From: an uncultured Actinomyces sp. | GTDB taxonomy: Bacteria > Actinomycetota > Actinomycetes > S36-B12 | Direction of reading: 5' to 3' | Assembly: GCA_964537955.1 (NCBI GenBank) | Contig: CAZICY010000005.1 | Coordinates: 1,818 to 65,817 of the forward strand | DNA length: 64,000 bases | Notes under the pieces: model-generated | The model's input: the letters and a program-made list of their open reading frames with translations, nothing else | Told to the model about the DNA's origin: nothing | The model's database searches: none | Made by a program: the position numbers and the translations under genes | In this document: positions 19,394 through 29,905 of the stretch, in pieces | How positions within the stretch are numbered: the stretch's first letter is position 1 | Layout: each line of letters opens with the position of its first letter

Positions 19394-21331
19394 GTGCGGG
19401 CGACGGTCCTGGGCGCTTGCGTGGCCCTCGTGGCCGGCTTCCTGCTGATCGCCCAGCCCGCGGCTTCCTCGCCCATCGGCGAGGCCGACCACGTGCCCGA
19501 CCCGGCGGCCATCGAGGGAGAGTCCGGCGCACCCGTCCGCGGCGATGCCGGCCGGGCGGCCCAGGAGAAGGCTGACGCCAAGAGGGACGACAAGGACGGC
19601 AAGAAGGAGGAGGTGCCGCTCCCGCCGCCGCCGGCCGTGCCCGCCGGCCTGCCGGCACAGGTCGACCCGCTGCCGTCGTACCAGGGCCAGTACATCTGCG
19701 ATCCCGCGGCCAAGCCCGGCACCCAGCGTGTCGCCGACCTCATCCGCGCGACGTACCCCGACTCACGCAGCATCTGGGTTCCGCGCGACTGCAGCGTGGG
19801 TGGGCGCAGCGAGCACAAGGAGGGCCGTGCCCTCGACTGGATGATCAACTCCAAGATCCCCGCGCAGAACGCCCAGGCCGAGTCCTTCCTCCAGTGGTTG
19901 CTCGCCACGGACGAGAACGGCAACGAGTTCGCCATGGCCCGTCGCCTCGGAGTGATGTACATCGGCTGGGGCGATGAGATCTGGGAGTCCTACACCAAGC
20001 GATGGACTGAGCTTAAGGGCTGCTACAGCACTCAGCAGAGCAGCTACGACACCTACTGTCATCGCGATCACATCCACATCTCCTTCTCCTGGGACGGCGC
20101 AGCCGGCCAGACCAGCTTCTGGGGCGGCAGCCCGACACCCGCGCCCTTCTGCACTGCTTCACGCACCCCCGCGACCAGCCCGGCCGATCCCGGGGCGGGT
20201 CTCGACTTCGTTCCCGTCGCCCCTCAGCGCGTTCTCGACACGCGCAGCGGCCAGGGCAACGGCGGTCAGCCCTGCCGCCTGGCCGCACGATCCAGCGGGG
20301 GCGCCGGCGCGCCACTCGTGATCGACATCTCCGGTCGCAAGGGATCACCGGGCACGCGCATCAAGGCCGTGGCCGTGCGCGTCACCACGCTCGCATCGAA
20401 CTCCCCGGCCACGCTTCGCTCCGCGGCCAACGGAGTGCTCTCGAGCATCACCGTGAACGGCAAGCGCGAGCTCGTGTCGATCCTGCCGGTCGCGTCTGAC
20501 GGGACGATCGCGCTGACGACAGACTCGGGCGCAACACACGTCACCGTGGACTTGCTCGGCTACTTCGTGACGCCGGGTGGCACGGACCCGGGCGAGGGCC
20601 GCCTCCTGGCGCACGCCAACCAGGTCGTCTACGACACCCGCGTCCTCAACGAGCCCCTGCAGCCGGGCGAGAAGCGCGTCGTCGACGTCGCGGTGGGAGC
20701 GACGACCGACGGCCCTCCTGCAGGCGCCCTGCTCACCGTTGGCATCTCCGGCGCCGAGAAGACCGGCCGCCTGCTGCTGCGGCGCACCGGCGACAAGCAC
20801 TCCCCAGCCGCACCCAACATCGCCTACCGGCGTGGCGCGACCATGTCGGTGCCCGCGATCGCCGCCCTCGACCCTGAGGGACGCATCACGCTCGTCAACA
20901 CCGGCAAGGGCAAGGTCGACGTCGCGATCGCCGTCCAGGCATCAGCGGTGCGCACCCCCGAACTCGGTGCCCTGCTCGTGCCCGTGCAGCCGGTCGAGGT
21001 GCGTCGCGCCCAGGCCACGCTCGCCCGTCTCCTCCCCGCGCCTGGTGCGGGTCCGAGCGAGGGCGTGACGGCGGACACCCTGACGCAGCGGTCCCAGAGC
21101 AGCGCGGCGGGAGCCACGGCAGCGGTCCTGCGGGTCTCTGCGTCGGGCACCAAGGGCGGAGAGGTGACGTTCTACTCCCTCGCCAAGCCCGAGGTTCCCT
21201 CGCTCATCGTCCCCCGCCAGACCAAGGTCTCGGGCCTGATCGTCGTCCCGCTCGACAGCAGGGGCACGCTGCGGCGGGATGTCGTCGGCGGAGTCGACGT
21301 CACCGCGCACGTGGTCGCCTACTTGCGCTAG
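19394..21331 (+). CDS. Secreted protein with LAS/M15-like Zn-peptidase domain and beta-rich C-terminal repeats (start uncertain)
   Basis: Signal-like VLGACVALVAGFLLIAQPAAS; SEHKEGRALD (H-x6-D) and HRDHIHISF; PQRVLDTR and QVVYDTR repeats. Confidence 0.65.
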   Translation: MRATVLGACVALVAGFLLIAQPAASSPIGEADHVPDPAAIEGESGAPVRGDAGRAAQEKADAKRDDKDGKKEEVPLPPPPAVPAGLPAQVDPLPSYQGQYICDPAAKPGTQRVADLIRATYPDSRSIWVPRDCSVGGRSEHKEGRALDWMINSKIPAQNAQAESFLQWLLATDENGNEFAMARRLGVMYIGWGDEIWESYTKRWTELKGCYSTQQSSYDTYCHRDHIHISFSWDGAAGQTSFWGGSPTPAPFCTASRTPATSPADPGAGLDFVPVAPQRVLDTRSGQGNGGQPCRLAARSSGGAGAPLVIDISGRKGSPGTRIKAVAVRVTTLASNSPATLRSAANGVLSSITVNGKRELVSILPVASDGTIALTTDSGATHVTVDLLGYFVTPGGTDPGEGRLLAHANQVVYDTRVLNEPLQPGEKRVVDVAVGATTDGPPAGALLTVGISGAEKTGRLLLRRTGDKHSPAAPNIAYRRGATMSVPAIAALDPEGRITLVNTGKGKVDVAIAVQASAVRTPELGALLVPVQPVEVRRAQATLARLLPAPGAGPSEGVTADTLTQRSQSSAAGATAAVLRVSASGTKGGEVTFYSLAKPEVPSLIVPRQTKVSGLIVVPLDSRGTLRRDVVGGVDVTAHVVAYLR

Positions 21332-21368
21332 CAGCGGCGTTGTCGCTGGCACGACGTACGATCGGCGA

Positions 21369-23579
21369 GTGCCTGATCTCAATCCCGCCCAGCTGGAGGC
21401 GGTGACCCACCGCGGCAGCCCGCTGCTCATCGTGGCGGGTGCGGGATCGGGCAAGACCCGCGTCCTTACCCAGCGCATCGCGCACCTCATCCGGGACGAG
21501 GGCGTGCGCCCCTCCGAAATCCTCGCGATCACGTTCACCAACAAGGCCGCTCGCGAGATGCAAGAGCGTGTCGCAGCCCTCGTCGGGCCCGCATCGCGCG
21601 CGATGTGGGTGATGACGTTCCACTCCGCGTGCGTGCGCATCCTGCGCCGCGAGGCCGCGCGGCTCGGCGTGTCCACGAACTTCTCGATCTACGACGCCGC
21701 CGACTCGCAGCGGCTCATGTCCATGGTCGTCAAGGACCTCGACATCGACCCAAAGAGGCACCCCCCGCGGGGCCTCTCGGCCCGGGTGTCCCACCTCAAG
21801 AACGAGCTCATCGACGAGGAGACCTTCGCCCGCCGAGCCGAGACGCCCCAGGACCGGGTGCTCGCCGAGGCCTACGCGGAGTACCAGCGCCGTCTGCGCC
21901 GGGCCAACGCCTTCGATTTCGACGACCTCATCGGATCGACCGTGGCCCTGCTGCAGCTCTTTCCTGACGTGGCCGAGCACTACCGCAGGAGGTTCCGCCA
22001 CATCCTGGTCGACGAGTACCAGGACACCAACCACGCCCAGTACGCCCTCGTCCGCGAGCTCGTCGGCGATGGCGGCGACGGGGTGCCCCCGGCTGAGCTC
22101 TGCGTGGTCGGGGACGCCGACCAGTCCATCTACGCCTTCCGCGGGGCCACGATCCGCAACATCGAGGAGTTCGAGCGCGACTACCCCGACGCCAAGACTG
22201 TCCTGCTCGAGCAGAACTACCGATCGACGCAGACCATTCTCGATGCGGCAAATCGCGTGATCGCTCGCAACGGCGGCCGTCGCCCCAAGAGACTGTGGAC
22301 GGATGCCGGAGCGGGGGCGCCCATCGTGACCTACGTCGCCGATGACGAGCATGATGAGGCTCGCTTCGTCGCTGATGAGATCGATGCGCTCGTGGACGAT
22401 GCCGGAGTGCGCCCGGCTGACGTGGCTGTCTTCTACCGCACCAACGCCCAGTCGCGGTCCCTGGAGGAGATCTTCGTCCGCGTGGGACTGCCCTACACCG
22501 TCGTCGGCAGCGTGCGCTTCTACGAGCGCCGCGAGATTCGCGATGCGATCGCCTACCTGCGGGCGATCGCGAACCCGGATGACGACGTCTCCGTCAGGCG
22601 CATTCTCAATGTCCCCAAGCGCGGCATCGGCGATCGAGCCGAGGAGGCCATCGAGTCCTTCGCCCAGCGCGAACGCCTCTCCTTCGGGGCCGCCCTCGAC
22701 CGTGCCGCCGAGATCCCCGGCCTCGCGACGCGATCGCAGGCGCAGGTGGTCGCCTTCGCGCAGTTGCTCGCCGACCTGCGCACGCTCGTCGAGTCCGGCG
22801 CCGGTCCCGCCACCGTCTTGCAGGCGGTCCTGGAGCAGACCGGCTATCTCGCGGAGTTGCAGGCCTCCCATGACCCGCAGGACGAGACGCGGCTGGAGAA
22901 CCTCGCTGAGCTCGAGTCGGTTGCCGCGGAGTACGAGCGCGACTCGGACGAGACGTCCTTGGCCGGCTTCCTCGAGCGGGTCTCCCTGGTCGCGGATGCC
23001 GACGAGATCCCCGACGACGATGACGGCGTCGTCACGCTCATGACGCTCCACACCGCTAAGGGGCTCGAGTTCCCCGTCGTCTTCCTCACCGGGATGGAGG
23101 ACGGCATCTTCCCGCACATCAGGTCGCTCGGCTCGGAGACAGAGCTCGAGGAGGAGCGACGACTCGCCTACGTCGGTCTCACTCGCGCGCGCGAGCGCCT
23201 CTACCTCAGCCGCGCCGTGTCGCGGTCAGCATGGGGATCGCCCATGCACAACCCCGCCTCGCGCTTCCTTGACGAGATCCCGCCGGAGCTCGTCGAGAGC
23301 CGACGCGATGAGCCCGTGCTCACATGGTCGGGCACGTCTTCTGCGTCCGCGCCCCGTCCCGTCTCGGCTGCCGGGGCGATTGCGCGCCCCGAGCCCACGG
23401 CCGGCACGCGACCGGTCGTCGCCCTGGCTGTGGGGGACCGCGTGCTCCACAAGACCTTCGGGATGGGCACCGTCACCGGCACCTCGGGCGTGGGCGACAA
23501 GGCGGAGGCGACCATCGACTTCGGCGGGGTAGGGACCAAGCGACTGCTGCTGCGCTACGCCCCGGTCGACAAACTCTAG
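21369..23579 (+). CDS. pcrA: ATP-dependent DNA helicase PcrA/UvrD
   Basis: AGAGSGKT, ITFTNKAA, VDEYQD, QNYRS, HTAKGLEF, EEERRLAYV, C-terminal Tudor-like domain; TACGAT 6 nt upstream of GTG. Confidence 0.97.
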   Translation: MPDLNPAQLEAVTHRGSPLLIVAGAGSGKTRVLTQRIAHLIRDEGVRPSEILAITFTNKAAREMQERVAALVGPASRAMWVMTFHSACVRILRREAARLGVSTNFSIYDAADSQRLMSMVVKDLDIDPKRHPPRGLSARVSHLKNELIDEETFARRAETPQDRVLAEAYAEYQRRLRRANAFDFDDLIGSTVALLQLFPDVAEHYRRRFRHILVDEYQDTNHAQYALVRELVGDGGDGVPPAELCVVGDADQSIYAFRGATIRNIEEFERDYPDAKTVLLEQNYRSTQTILDAANRVIARNGGRRPKRLWTDAGAGAPIVTYVADDEHDEARFVADEIDALVDDAGVRPADVAVFYRTNAQSRSLEEIFVRVGLPYTVVGSVRFYERREIRDAIAYLRAIANPDDDVSVRRILNVPKRGIGDRAEEAIESFAQRERLSFGAALDRAAEIPGLATRSQAQVVAFAQLLADLRTLVESGAGPATVLQAVLEQTGYLAELQASHDPQDETRLENLAELESVAAEYERDSDETSLAGFLERVSLVADADEIPDDDDGVVTLMTLHTAKGLEFPVVFLTGMEDGIFPHIRSLGSETELEEERRLAYVGLTRARERLYLSRAVSRSAWGSPMHNPASRFLDEIPPELVESRRDEPVLTWSGTSSASAPRPVSAAGAIARPEPTAGTRPVVALAVGDRVLHKTFGMGTVTGTSGVGDKAEATIDFGGVGTKRLLLRYAPVDKL

Positions 23580-23592
23580 GACAGGGTCAGAG

Positions 23593-24345
23593 TCAGCAGC
23601 CGAAGTTCCGGCACGCCCAGGAGGGCGGCTTGGCCGGGATCCCCGGGCGCGAGCCCGTCCACAGGCCCGCCGGGTTCGTGGGCGTGAGTGCCTCGCCCAC
23701 GCGCACCTCGAAGTGCAGGTGCGAGCCCGTCGAATGACCGGTGTTGCCCATCGTCCCGATGAAGTCCCCGGCGCGCACGCGCTCTCCCTTGCGCACCTTG
23801 ATCTTGTCGAGGTGCGCGTAGCGCGTCTGGACTCCGTCTGCTCGCATGATCATGACGAGGTTTCCGTAACCGCCGTAGTTGAACTCGGCGTACTGGACGC
23901 GACCGTCTGTCGCTGCGTAGATCGGATCCCCGGTCTCGCCGTTGAAGTCGATCCCGGCGTGTCCACGCGGCCACCAAGAGCTGACCTCGCCGAACTCCCC
24001 GCTGATGGGGGTCCCCCACGTGACGGGATAGCTGTAGGCCGGGCCTTCGCGCTTGGCGCTGCGCTCGGTCGTATCCGCGGGCTCCGACTGGGCCTTCGAG
24101 GCGGTGACCCGGGCTGCGGTGACCGAGGCAAGGTGCGCGATGCCGGCCGAGCCGTCCAGGCGCTCCGAGGTGGTGAGGTCCACGCTGGCACCTGAGCCGA
24201 GGACATCTCCGGACCCGCCGGCTCCTGCCACCGGGCCGCTCGACCGCGAGTCCGCGAGCGAGGGTGCGCCCGCTGCGACCACGATCGCCCCCTGGGCCAG
24301 CACGAGGGCCGCGCCCACGAGGAGCGGCACGACGAGACGGCGCAT
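23593..24345 (-). CDS. Secreted M23-family metallopeptidase
   Basis: Signal peptide; HAGID, YGN, YAHL, GNTGHSTGSHLHFEVR. Confidence 0.92.
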   Translation of the reverse strand: MRRLVVPLLVGAALVLAQGAIVVAAGAPSLADSRSSGPVAGAGGSGDVLGSGASVDLTTSERLDGSAGIAHLASVTAARVTASKAQSEPADTTERSAKREGPAYSYPVTWGTPISGEFGEVSSWWPRGHAGIDFNGETGDPIYAATDGRVQYAEFNYGGYGNLVMIMRADGVQTRYAHLDKIKVRKGERVRAGDFIGTMGNTGHSTGSHLHFEVRVGEALTPTNPAGLWTGSRPGIPAKPPSWACRNFGC

Positions 24346-24387
24346 GGGATCGGTCTACCAGCCCCCACGGTCAGCCGACCAGTCCGT

Positions 24388-24435
24388 TGTTACTGATGTG
24401 ACTGATGTGGCACTTGATGTGACCTGTGTCACATC
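24388..24435. promoter_or_regulatory. CRP/GlxR-type palindrome plus GTCACA-like direct repeats upstream of the M23 peptidase
   Basis: TGTGA-cctgtg-TCACA at 24418-24433; minus strand reads GTCACA..GCCACA-tca-GTCACA-tca-GTAACA. Confidence 0.6.
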
Positions 24436-25289
24436 TGTCCCGCCGCCGAGGGCCCAGGGGTCGGCGCGGGTTCATCGAGCAGGGCCAGGGTCGTGGCGAT
24501 CTCGCGCACGACCCTGCCGTCGACGGGCAGGGACAGGTGCCCCACCCCGCGGACCAGCACATTGCGCGCCTTGAGGTCGGGGTGCTCCACGCGGGCGTGG
24601 GACTGCGGGATGACCAGCTGATCGATATCGGACCAGAAGGCAAGCAGGCGCGTGCGGCAGCCCGGTGCGGGCTCTGCGAGCTCGGTGATGAGATCGCTGC
24701 CGATCCGCATCTGCCGGGCCGTTTCGAGCGGCACGATGCGTGCCGGCAGCGTGCCCGCGTGGGGGGTCCCGAGGGTGACGAGGGTGTGCACGCGCTCATC
24801 CCCGCCGAGGCGCTGCACGAGGTATCGCCCGATGAGGCCTCCGAGCGAGTGTCCGATGACGTGGACGCGCTCGTGCCCCGTCTCCGCGCACACCTGCTCG
24901 ATCAGCGCGCCCAGTCTCTGCGCGACGGAGCGGATGTCGTCAGTGAGGGCGGAGTAGTTCAAGGCGTACGTCGATCCGAAGCCGCGACGGTGCAGTCCCC
25001 GGCGCAGCAGGGTGAAGATGGACCGGTTGTCGAAGATCCCGTGCACGAGCACGATCGGCGTCCCTGCCGCCTCGACGTCGCCGACGAGCAGGCCGCGCTG
25101 CGCCGGCGGCAAGCCCTCCAGGGAGTGACGCTCCTGCTGGAGTCGCAGCTGCTCCTCGACCAGGCCGAGGGGATACATGGCCAGGTGCGCCGTGACCCAG
25201 GCGGCTTCGACAGCGACACCGCGCGCGGTCGAAGCCGTCAGCAGCGTGCGCGCCGGCGCCGGCACCGTGGGCATCGGGATCCAGGGCAC
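24429..25289 (-). CDS. Alpha/beta hydrolase (lipase/esterase)
   Basis: LVHGIFDN, GHSLGG, TLGTPHAGT, GVGHLSL; TAGCGT -10 6 nt upstream of GTG. Confidence 0.88.
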   Translation of the reverse strand: MPWIPMPTVPAPARTLLTASTARGVAVEAAWVTAHLAMYPLGLVEEQLRLQQERHSLEGLPPAQRGLLVGDVEAAGTPIVLVHGIFDNRSIFTLLRRGLHRRGFGSTYALNYSALTDDIRSVAQRLGALIEQVCAETGHERVHVIGHSLGGLIGRYLVQRLGGDERVHTLVTLGTPHAGTLPARIVPLETARQMRIGSDLITELAEPAPGCRTRLLAFWSDIDQLVIPQSHARVEHPDLKARNVLVRGVGHLSLPVDGRVVREIATTLALLDEPAPTPGPSAAGQM

Positions 25290-25420
25290 TCGGCGACGCT
25301 AGTCCGAGACGGTCCTGTCTGTCCTGACGACGCTCCGATGCCGGAGCGACGCCCCGGTATCGTGGCGCCCGGCGCTCAGCCCATGATGCTCAGCGCGACC
25401 GTCGTGCCCGAGGAGGCCCC

Positions 25421-25816
25421 ATGCCGGCGAGGATCGTCGTGGCCAAGCCCGGCCTGGACGGGCATGACCGGGGGGCCAAGGTCGTCGCCCGGGCGCTGCG
25501 CGACGCGGGCTTCGAGGTCATCTACACCGGTCTGCACCAGACCCCCGCCCAGATCGTGGAGACGGCCATCCAGGAGGACGCCGATGCCATCGGGGTGTCG
25601 GTCCTGTCCGGCGCTCACCTGGTGCTCTTCGACGAGCTCATGGACGACCTCCGGGCGCGCGAGGCTGCGGACATCGTCGTCTTCGGGGGCGGGATCATCC
25701 CCGACGCCGACATCCCCGTCCTGGCCGAGATGGGGGTCGCCCAGGTCTTCGGCCCGGGCACGACGATGCAAGACATCGTCGACTGGGTGAGGACCCACGT
25801 GGGCGCACCCGCCTGA
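25421..25816 (+). CDS. Acyl-CoA mutase small subunit (stand-alone cobalamin-binding domain)
   Basis: KPGLDGHDRGAK (D-x-H-x-x-G), SVLSGAH, GGII. Confidence 0.93.
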   Translation: MPARIVVAKPGLDGHDRGAKVVARALRDAGFEVIYTGLHQTPAQIVETAIQEDADAIGVSVLSGAHLVLFDELMDDLRAREAADIVVFGGGIIPDADIPVLAEMGVAQVFGPGTTMQDIVDWVRTHVGAPA

Positions 25817-25921
25817 CACGCCTCGTCCACCCGCGCCTGGGCCGGTGTCTCGCCCTCGCGGACGTCGCTCTGCTAGCGTCGTCAGACGGCGTCCTTTATC
25901 TGCTACCCGGGGAGGGTTCTC

Positions 25922-26521
25922 ATGCGCCTTATGGGCAAAGTGACCGCTGTTGTCGCAAGTGCTGCGCTGGTGTCGGCGGGCGTGTTGGCTGCCTCCGGGC
26001 CAGCTCAGGCAGCCAAGGCGACGGGTGCGATCACGATGACGCTGAAGTCGGACCTGGCCTACCTGATCACGGAGGATCACTGGGTGGCTGTCAAGCCGGC
26101 CCGCGCGGGCATCGAGCCCGCCGGCTCGCCCTTCCCGGGACCGACCGTGGCCTTCCCGGTGTCCTTCGAGGATGGGTTCTTCAAGATCCGTGGGAAGGGT
26201 GAGCTCGCCCTGGGCCCGGGGAGCATCCGCGCGCAGAAGCCCCTCGTCAGCGCCACTCCCGAGCAGCTCGCCAAGGGCAAGGCTCGCGTGTCGTTCCTCG
26301 TGGGCAACGGCAACACGCTCATGACCCCCTTCCACGTGCGGAACTTCGAGAAGGTGGGCACGGACACCGAGGGCTTCGTCATGTGGTCCGGCACCCTGCA
26401 CGCCACGACGAACAAGAAGACCCTCAGGGACTTCAACGGTTTCTCCGGCCTCACCGGCAGCAAGGCCCTGAAGCCGGGCCAGGTGCTCGGCACCATCAGG
26501 ACCGAGGTCAAGGCCTCCTAG
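25922..26521 (+). CDS. Secreted hypothetical protein
   Basis: GGGAGG SD; signal peptide ending AQA; strong GC3 codon bias; no family recognised. Confidence 0.7.
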   Translation: MRLMGKVTAVVASAALVSAGVLAASGPAQAAKATGAITMTLKSDLAYLITEDHWVAVKPARAGIEPAGSPFPGPTVAFPVSFEDGFFKIRGKGELALGPGSIRAQKPLVSATPEQLAKGKARVSFLVGNGNTLMTPFHVRNFEKVGTDTEGFVMWSGTLHATTNKKTLRDFNGFSGLTGSKALKPGQVLGTIRTEVKAS

Positions 26522-26594
26522 ACCCTCGGCAGGATCCACGGGCAGGAATCAGTAGGCTCGCGAACGCCCCTGAGACCTCGCGAAGGAACTGCCC

Positions 26595-27773
26595 GTGGAT
26601 CTGTACGAGTACCAGGCCAAGAACCTCTTCGACTCGCACGGAGTGCCGGTGACCGCCGGCGAGGTGTGCGTTACTCCCGATGCTGCTCATGAGGCTGCTC
26701 GCAAGATCGGCTCGGCGGTCGTCGTCAAGGCCCAGGTAAAGACGGGTGGCCGTGGCAAGGCCGGCGGCGTCAAGCTCGCTCCGACGCCCGAGGACGCGCA
26801 GGCTCGCGCGGAGGACATCCTCGGGCTCGACATCAAGGGCCACGTCGTACGCCGCGTCCTCGTGACCGAGGCCACGGACATTGCCGAGGAGTACTACGTC
26901 TCCTTCCTGCTCGATCGCGCCAATCGCGCTTTCCTCGCCATGGCGAGTGTCGAGGGTGGCGTGGATATCGAGGAGGTCGCGGCGCATCGGCCCGAGGCGC
27001 TCGCACTCATCCGGGTCGATGCGATCGATGGTGTCGACGCCGCAGTCGCCGCGGGTATCGTCGAGCAGGCGGGCTTCCCCGCGCACATCCGCGACCAGGT
27101 GACCGAGGTGCTGGTGCGCCTTTGGCAGGTCATGGTCAAGGAGGACGCGACCCTCGTCGAGGTCAACCCGCTGGTCCTTTCTGCCGACGGGCGCGTCCTC
27201 GCACTGGACGGCAAGGTGACCCTCGATGACAACGCCCACTACCGCCACGCCGAGCATGCCGACCTGGTCGACAGGGATTCCACTGACCCCATCGAGCTGC
27301 GGGCCAAGGAGTTCGACCTCAACTACGTCAAGCTCGACGGCGAGGTCGGCATCATCGGCAACGGCGCAGGCCTGGTGATGAGCACCCTGGACGTCGTCGC
27401 CTACGCCGGCGAGGAGTTCGGTGGAGTGCGGCCGGCCAACTTCCTCGATATCGGGGGAGGGGCGAGTGCCGAGGTGATGTCCAACGGCCTCGACATCGTG
27501 CTGGGCGATCCTGATGTGCGTGCGGTCTTCGTCAATGTCTTCGGTGGCATCACCTCGTGCGACGCCGTTGCCAACGGCATCGTGCAGGCAGTCGGCGCCC
27601 TCGCCGAGCGCGGCACCCCGGTGACCAAGCCCATCGTGTGCCGCATCGACGGCAACAACGCCGTGGAAGGCCGGCGGATCCTCATGGAGTTCGGCCACCC
27701 GCTCGTCGAGATGGTGGAGACGATGGACGACGCGGCCCGTCGCGTCGCGCAGTTGGCCGGAGGTGCCGCATGA
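26595..27773 (+). CDS. sucC: Succinyl-CoA synthetase beta subunit
   Basis: [39 protein letters not shown]. Confidence 0.98.
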   Translation: MDLYEYQAKNLFDSHGVPVTAGEVCVTPDAAHEAARKIGSAVVVKAQVKTGGRGKAGGVKLAPTPEDAQARAEDILGLDIKGHVVRRVLVTEATDIAEEYYVSFLLDRANRAFLAMASVEGGVDIEEVAAHRPEALALIRVDAIDGVDAAVAAGIVEQAGFPAHIRDQVTEVLVRLWQVMVKEDATLVEVNPLVLSADGRVLALDGKVTLDDNAHYRHAEHADLVDRDSTDPIELRAKEFDLNYVKLDGEVGIIGNGAGLVMSTLDVVAYAGEEFGGVRPANFLDIGGGASAEVMSNGLDIVLGDPDVRAVFVNVFGGITSCDAVANGIVQAVGALAERGTPVTKPIVCRIDGNNAVEGRRILMEFGHPLVEMVETMDDAARRVAQLAGGAA

Positions 27774-28639
27774 CCATCTGGCTCGATGCAGACAGCCGCA
27801 TCCTCGTGCAGGGCATGACCGGCTCCGAGGGCACCAAGCACACGCGCCGGATGGTGGCGAGCGGCGCCCAGGTCGTCGCTGGCGTCACGCCAGGCAAGGG
27901 CGGCCAGGAGGTCGACGGCATCCCTGTGTTCGCCGATGTCCGCGAGGCGATGAGTGCGACCGGTGCCAACGTGAGCGTGGTCTTCGTGCCGCCGCGCTTC
28001 GCGAAGGCGGCCGTGGAGGAGGCGGTGGACGCCGAGATCCCCCTCTGTGTCGTCATCACCGAGGGCATCCCGGTGCACGACACCGCGCAGTTCTTCCAGT
28101 ACGCCGTCAACGCGGGCACGACGCGCATCATCGGACCCAACTGCCCGGGCATCATCTCGCCCGGCGTCTCCAACGCGGGGATCATCCCGGCGGACATCAC
28201 GGGCCCGGGCCCGATCGGACTGGTGTCGAAGTCGGGGACCCTGACCTATCAGATGATGTACGAGCTCAACGACATCGGCTTCTCCACGTGCGTGGGCATC
28301 GGGGGCGACCCGATCATCGGCACGACTCACATCGATTGCCTGGCGGCCTTCGAGGCGGACCCGGCGACCGAGGCCATCGTGATGATCGGCGAGATCGGCG
28401 GCGACGCCGAGGAGCGCGCGGCTGCCTTCATCGCCGACAACGTCACCAAGCCGGTCGTCGGCTACGTCGCGGGGTTCACCGCTCCGGAGGGCAAGACGAT
28501 GGGGCATGCGGGTGCCATCGTCTCCGGCTCCTCCGGGACCGCGGCAGCCAAGAAGGACGCTCTCGAGGCCGTGGGCGTCCGCGTGGGGCAGACCCCCAGC
28601 GAGGCCGCCCGCATCATGCGCAGCCTCCTGCGAGGCTGA
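27770..28639 (+). CDS. sucD: Succinyl-CoA synthetase alpha subunit
   Basis: [32 protein letters not shown] overlap with sucC. Confidence 0.98.
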   Translation: MTIWLDADSRILVQGMTGSEGTKHTRRMVASGAQVVAGVTPGKGGQEVDGIPVFADVREAMSATGANVSVVFVPPRFAKAAVEEAVDAEIPLCVVITEGIPVHDTAQFFQYAVNAGTTRIIGPNCPGIISPGVSNAGIIPADITGPGPIGLVSKSGTLTYQMMYELNDIGFSTCVGIGGDPIIGTTHIDCLAAFEADPATEAIVMIGEIGGDAEERAAAFIADNVTKPVVGYVAGFTAPEGKTMGHAGAIVSGSSGTAAAKKDALEAVGVRVGQTPSEAARIMRSLLRG

Positions 28640-28744
28640 CAGTCGGCTGACGGGCCTCCTTGCGTGACGGGTGGTGCAGTCGTGACCGTCGTTGCCCGCG
28701 TGCCGTTACGTGGGCGAGCCCCCCTCGGCTGACAGTCTTGTCCG

Positions 28745-29905
28745 GTGAGCCTCACCGCGCGTTCTGGCGCCCCCGCGGGGCAGGCGCCTGCTGCGCCGCT
28801 GCCCCTCGTGTTGGCCGGAGCAGTGGCCGGCGCGGCCGCGGCGGTGTTCAGCTATCTCGCGCTCGCCGTGGTGGCCCTGGCGGCGTGGATGCTGGATCCC
28901 TCGGGCTCGCAGGAGTGGACCCAGATGCTCGAGGTGGCGTCGGGTGCGTGGCTGTCGGGCCTTGGCCTGTCTCCCACCGTGGGCACCGTCACCCTCACGC
29001 TGCTCCCCCTGGGATTCGCCGTGTTGCCCGTGCTCGCGCTGATCGGGGCCTCGCGCTGGGCGGCCGACGCATCGGCCGTGGGCCGACGCGGCGAGGCCTG
29101 GGCGGTCGCGCTCGCTGCGGGAGCGGGCTTCGCGGTCGTCGCCGCGATCATCGCCTCGCTCAGTCGCAGCCTCGCCATCTCTCCTGTGCGTGCTGCCATC
29201 GTCGGCGCCGTCGTGGCCGGCTGCGTGACCGGCATCGTCGTGCTGCGCCGGTCCGGTCTCCTGACAGTGGACCGGCTGCCCACTGAGGTCCGCGCGGTCA
29301 TCGTCGCCACCACAACCGCCTCGCTCAGCCTCGTCGCTGCCGCCGGACTCCTGCTGGTCGTTGCTGTCGTCGGCAGTTTCGATGAGATGACCGCCCTGCT
29401 CGTCGAGCTCGATCCCGGACTCTCCGGACTGCTCCTCCTGGCCGCGCTCACGATCGGATACCTCCCCGTCGCACTCGTGTGGACGGTGGCCTACCTCCTC
29501 GGTCCCGGCGTCACGGTCTCCGTCGGGACCGTCGTCTCGCCGTACGTCGACACTGCGACCGCAGCCCTCCCCGGTTTCCCCCTCCTGGCGGTGCTTCCCG
29601 ATTCCGCTCCCGCGCCTGCGGTCCTGCTCCCGCTCCTGGGAGTGGCGTCCGGTGCACTTGCGGGAGCCGTGCTGCGCCGCCGCGGCTTCCGCGGACTGCG
29701 TGGCTGCGCCCTGTCCGCCGCCGCCGCCGTCACGACCGGTCTGGTGCTGGCGATCGCCGCCTGGCTCGCATCCGGCTCCCTGGGCGACACGACGCTCCAG
29801 GGCCTGGGGCCCAGCCCGGCGGCCGTGGGGCTTGCGGGGGCACTCAGCATCATCCTGGGCGCACTGGCCGTCACCGCCTGGCCGTCGAGGCGCGCCGATG
29901 GCTAG
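28745..29905 (+). CDS. Polytopic membrane protein (DUF6350/PerM-like)
   Basis: Multiple TM helices with TLTLLPLG, YLLGPG, LPGFPLLAVLP, SGSLG; conserved sucD-purN position. Confidence 0.75.
   Translation: MSLTARSGAPAGQAPAAPLPLVLAGAVAGAAAAVFSYLALAVVALAAWMLDPSGSQEWTQMLEVASGAWLSGLGLSPTVGTVTLTLLPLGFAVLPVLALIGASRWAADASAVGRRGEAWAVALAAGAGFAVVAAIIASLSRSLAISPVRAAIVGAVVAGCVTGIVVLRRSGLLTVDRLPTEVRAVIVATTTASLSLVAAAGLLLVVAVVGSFDEMTALLVELDPGLSGLLLLAALTIGYLPVALVWTVAYLLGPGVTVSVGTVVSPYVDTATAALPGFPLLAVLPDSAPAPAVLLPLLGVASGALAGAVLRRRGFRGLRGCALSAAAAVTTGLVLAIAAWLASGSLGDTTLQGLGPSPAAVGLAGALSIILGALAVTAWPSRRADG

Noticed and set aside
17888..21368. Genomic island integrated at guaA
   Set aside because: No integrase and no distal repeat seen; downstream genes look native, and only the local repeat exists
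24388..24435. CRISPR or minisatellite
   Set aside because: Units are only about 9 bp with no spacers or cas genes; better explained as regulator sites
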